The notes beneath the pieces were generated by a model, which was not told the origin of the DNA, ran no database searches, and saw only the letters and a program-made list of their open reading frames with translations. A stretch of 43,884 nt of DNA from Lentisphaeria bacterium (GTDB lineage: Bacteria > Verrucomicrobiota > Lentisphaeria > JABSQK01 > CAJWLW01). Below are positions 41,782 to 43,884 of the stretch, piece after piece. The stretch lies in NCBI GenBank assembly GCA_030754995.1, contig JASLZG010000003.1:1-43884 (forward strand), given 5' to 3'. How positions within the stretch are numbered: the stretch's first letter is position 1; each line of letters begins with the position of its first letter. A program made the translations under genes and the position numbers.

Positions 41782-43077
41782 TCAATCCAGATAACGCGGC
41801 TGTTGCGCAATGTATTCGTCCAGCTGCGCGATCAGCGGCGCCGCGGCAACCGGCGGAGACGCCGCCAGGTTGTCGACCTCGCCGGGGTCGCGGGCCAGGT
41901 CAAAGATCTCGAGACGCCGGCTGCTGCGACGCGCGTCGGTATGCAGAATCACTTTCCAGCGCGCCGTGCGGATCGCGAAAATCTGCCGGTCGTCACCGCT
42001 CAGCGCCTGCCAGCCCGCCGGTGTCGTCTCGCTGAAGGCAACCTCGCGAAACGCCGTGTCCCCGTCGATCAACGGCAGCAGTGACTGTCCTTCCATCCAG
42101 TCGCGCTGCGGCAGGTCGAGCATCTCGAACAGCGTCGGCATGATGTCGATCTGCGAGACCTGTGCATCGACAACCGTACCGGGCTTCAGCCGCGGCGGGT
42201 AACGAAGGATCAGCGGCACCCGAATCGACTCGTCGTAGAGCGTCCCCATCAGGTTGCAGGAGCAATGGCCGACGTGCCCGCGCTCCATGAGCTCCTCGCC
42301 GTGATCGGCGGTGAGAATGATCAACGTTTCGTCGAGAATGCCCAGCACCTCGAGCCGGCCCAGCCATTCGCCGACCAGGTCGTCGAAGACCCGCACCTCG
42401 CCATCGTACAGCGCCTCCAAAGCGCCCCGGTCCTGGGGCTCCAGGTCGACGGCAGCAGCCGTGCGGCGGTGCGCCTCGTCGGCGTCGTCGTCCGGCAGCG
42501 GATCCGCCTCGCCCGCCTCCAGTTTGCTGATCATGCCGGAGGGATGAACGATCAGGAAGTTTCGCACGATCTCCATCCGCGCCATCGTTTCCGGAGTCGG
42601 CGTTTCGTCAAGAAACTGTTCGAAATACTCGGCCGGCGGATTGTAGGGCAGATGGGTGGGATACGGTTCCGCATAGAAGAACCACTTGTCCTGCCGATGG
42701 CTGTCGAAGTAGGCAGTAATCCCGTCGCTCCGGGTGTCGCGCCTGAAACCCAGCGGCGCCCAGCGCATGACCAGCTCACCATCGACGCAGTAGCCGGCGC
42801 GCTCGAGCGAATGCAGCGGCGTCTCGACGCCGTCCCAGGCACCGCCGATCCACTGTATGAAGCGCGGCGCATCGACGACCCCGTGGGTCGCCGGCCACTG
42901 GCTCATCAGCATTGAGACGATCGGCGGCAGCGTGTGGGCAGCGGTGGCAATGGCACCGTCGAAACGCACCCCTTCGCGAGCCAGTCGATCACAGTTCGGC
43001 GTCGTGTCGCGTTTGTAGCCGTAGCATCCCATGTGATCGGGACGCAGCGCATCTTCAAGGATCCACAGAACGTTCAT
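41782..43077 (-). CDS. Sulfatase-fold (alkaline phosphatase superfamily) hydrolase lacking the C/S-x-P-x-R motif; no signal peptide
   Basis: MNVLWILEDALRPDHMGCYGY, LTADHGEELMERGHVGH, DESIRVPLILRYP and SQIDIMPTLFEML follow the sulfatase-family layout. The nucleophile position reads AAH-T-L-P-P-I (nt 42919-42936) instead of C/S-x-P-x-R. Confidence 0.8.
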   Translation of the reverse strand: MNVLWILEDALRPDHMGCYGYKRDTTPNCDRLAREGVRFDGAIATAAHTLPPIVSMLMSQWPATHGVVDAPRFIQWIGGAWDGVETPLHSLERAGYCVDGELVMRWAPLGFRRDTRSDGITAYFDSHRQDKWFFYAEPYPTHLPYNPPAEYFEQFLDETPTPETMARMEIVRNFLIVHPSGMISKLEAGEADPLPDDDADEAHRRTAAAVDLEPQDRGALEALYDGEVRVFDDLVGEWLGRLEVLGILDETLIILTADHGEELMERGHVGHCSCNLMGTLYDESIRVPLILRYPPRLKPGTVVDAQVSQIDIMPTLFEMLDLPQRDWMEGQSLLPLIDGDTAFREVAFSETTPAGWQALSGDDRQIFAIRTARWKVILHTDARRSSRRLEIFDLARDPGEVDNLAASPPVAAAPLIAQLDEYIAQQPRYLD

Positions 43078-43884
43078 GATGCCGCGAACCGCTCTGCCTG
43101 GCCGACGATGTCGACGCCGACACGTTCACTCCAGGCATCCAGCAGGCGAGCCGCCAGCGGGCCGGGATACGCATTGCCGACCGGCCGGCCGTCGATGCAG
43201 GAAATTGGCAGGATACAGAAGGAGGATGTCGTCCAGAACGCCTCGTCCGCGGTGTAGGCATCATACAGCGCCAGGTCCTCCTCGACCGCTTCGATGCCCA
43301 GCTCGCGGCAAAGTCCCAGCACGTACTGGCGGCTGGTGCCGATCAGGATGCCGCGGGCCCTCGGCGTGTACAGGACGCCGTCGCGGACCACGAAGATATT
43401 GGCGCCGGTGCCTTCCGCGAGGTTGCCGTCGGTATCGAGCATCAGCGCAAACGCGTCCGGGTCCGTGCGCGCCGCGGCGCGCTTCGACAGGAAGTGCGGA
43501 AAACGTGACCGGTTCTTCATCCGCTGATCGTAGGACTGCGCCGGCGGCGACCGAAAAAAACTGGTGACCACATGCTTGCCGGTCCGGTAACAGCGGGCGT
43601 AATCGCTCTGCGGCAGCGGCGCGGTGTAGCAGATGACCGTTGGCGTGGAGGGTGCGGCGCCGCCCATCAGCGGCATCGGAAAGCTTTGGCCGGGAGTCAC
43701 CTGGATGTTCCCCCAGAGATCGTCGTCCGGGTCGGTGAACTGTTCGTTGGCCTCGAGCGTCCGCGCCAGCGCCTGATCGAACTGCTGCCGGTCGAGGAGG
43801 CCCTGCAGCCCGGCATAGGTCAGAGACTGCTCGAGCCGTCGCCAGTGTTCGCCCTGCAGGAACCAGCTGTGCTTGAAAGTTCGC
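43074..43884 (-). CDS. Class IV (fold type IV) aminotransferase, branched-chain/D-amino-acid aminotransferase family; the 5' end lies beyond the window end
   Basis: The frame is open from the window edge (RTFKHSWFLQGEHWRRLEQSL...). EGTGANIFVVRDGVLYTP, LIGTSRQYVL, ADEAFWTTS and IDGRPVG match class IV aminotransferases. The stop TGA (complement of 43074-43076) overlaps the ATG of the sulfatase-fold gene (ATGA). Confidence 0.8.
   Translation of the reverse strand, partial: RTFKHSWFLQGEHWRRLEQSLTYAGLQGLLDRQQFDQALARTLEANEQFTDPDDDLWGNIQVTPGQSFPMPLMGGAAPSTPTVICYTAPLPQSDYARCYRTGKHVVTSFFRSPPAQSYDQRMKNRSRFPHFLSKRAAARTDPDAFALMLDTDGNLAEGTGANIFVVRDGVLYTPRARGILIGTSRQYVLGLCRELGIEAVEEDLALYDAYTADEAFWTTSSFCILPISCIDGRPVGNAYPGPLAARLLDAWSERVGVDIVGQAERFAAS

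Noticed and set aside
494-43077. A possible complete AEP degradation route from PhnW (494-1684), the ALDH as PhnY (26225-27643) and the Thr-nucleophile AP-superfamily enzyme as PhnA (41782-43077)
   Set aside because: The three genes are 25 and 15 kb apart, on different strands and in unrelated operons. The third protein follows the sulfatase-family layout rather than the PhnA/NPP one. The ALDH has no phosphonate-specific feature I can see. I treat it as coincidence unless subfamily analysis says otherwise.

Overview
High-GC bacterial chromosomal segment, densely coding on both strands. I call 29 protein-coding genes, two of them cut by the window edges. I recognised no rRNA, tRNA, CRISPR array, transposase or integrase. 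All product calls come from motif recognition by eye on the supplied ORF translations; no database search was possible, and many start codons are uncertain.

Gene content:
- Carbohydrate-active or secreted proteins dominate: GH38-like, GH4-like, a BNR/Asp-box protein, a PA14 + FG-GAP + UnbV/ASPIC + CBM9-like protein, a 914-aa parallel beta-helix protein and a sulfatase-fold protein.
- Small-molecule catabolic enzymes make up most of the rest: PhnW, an HPS/KGPDC-type enzyme, Zn-ADH, an HpcH aldolase, amidohydrolase_2, ALDH, Ldh_2, a fused transketolase, an SDR and a class IV aminotransferase.
- This mix resembles polysaccharide-degrading PVC-type bacteria, but that is a weak inference.

Main things worth a second look:
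1. A single 7.1-kb ORF (31661-38782) encodes a 2,373-aa protein. After a ~405-aa soluble N-terminal region it is almost nothing but hydrophobic helices, about 60 by eye, and I recognise no family motif.
2. A secreted 732-aa protein carries 12 copies of a roughly 27-residue Gly-rich GxDxY repeat and sits downstream of a cupin gene.
3. A sulfatase-fold enzyme has T-L-P-P-I in place of the C/S-x-P-x-R nucleophile motif. It is translationally coupled to an aminotransferase.
4. An AGACTAAT-type motif pair with the same 14-nt phasing lies upstream of two unlinked transcription units.
5. An unknown 358-aa protein is translationally coupled to an M81/MlrC-like peptidase.
6. The GH38 gene contains a CxxCxGxG zinc-finger-like insert and an in-frame 72-nt duplication with a 13-bp hairpin.
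7. One membrane-protein gene is clearly AT-richer than its flanks.
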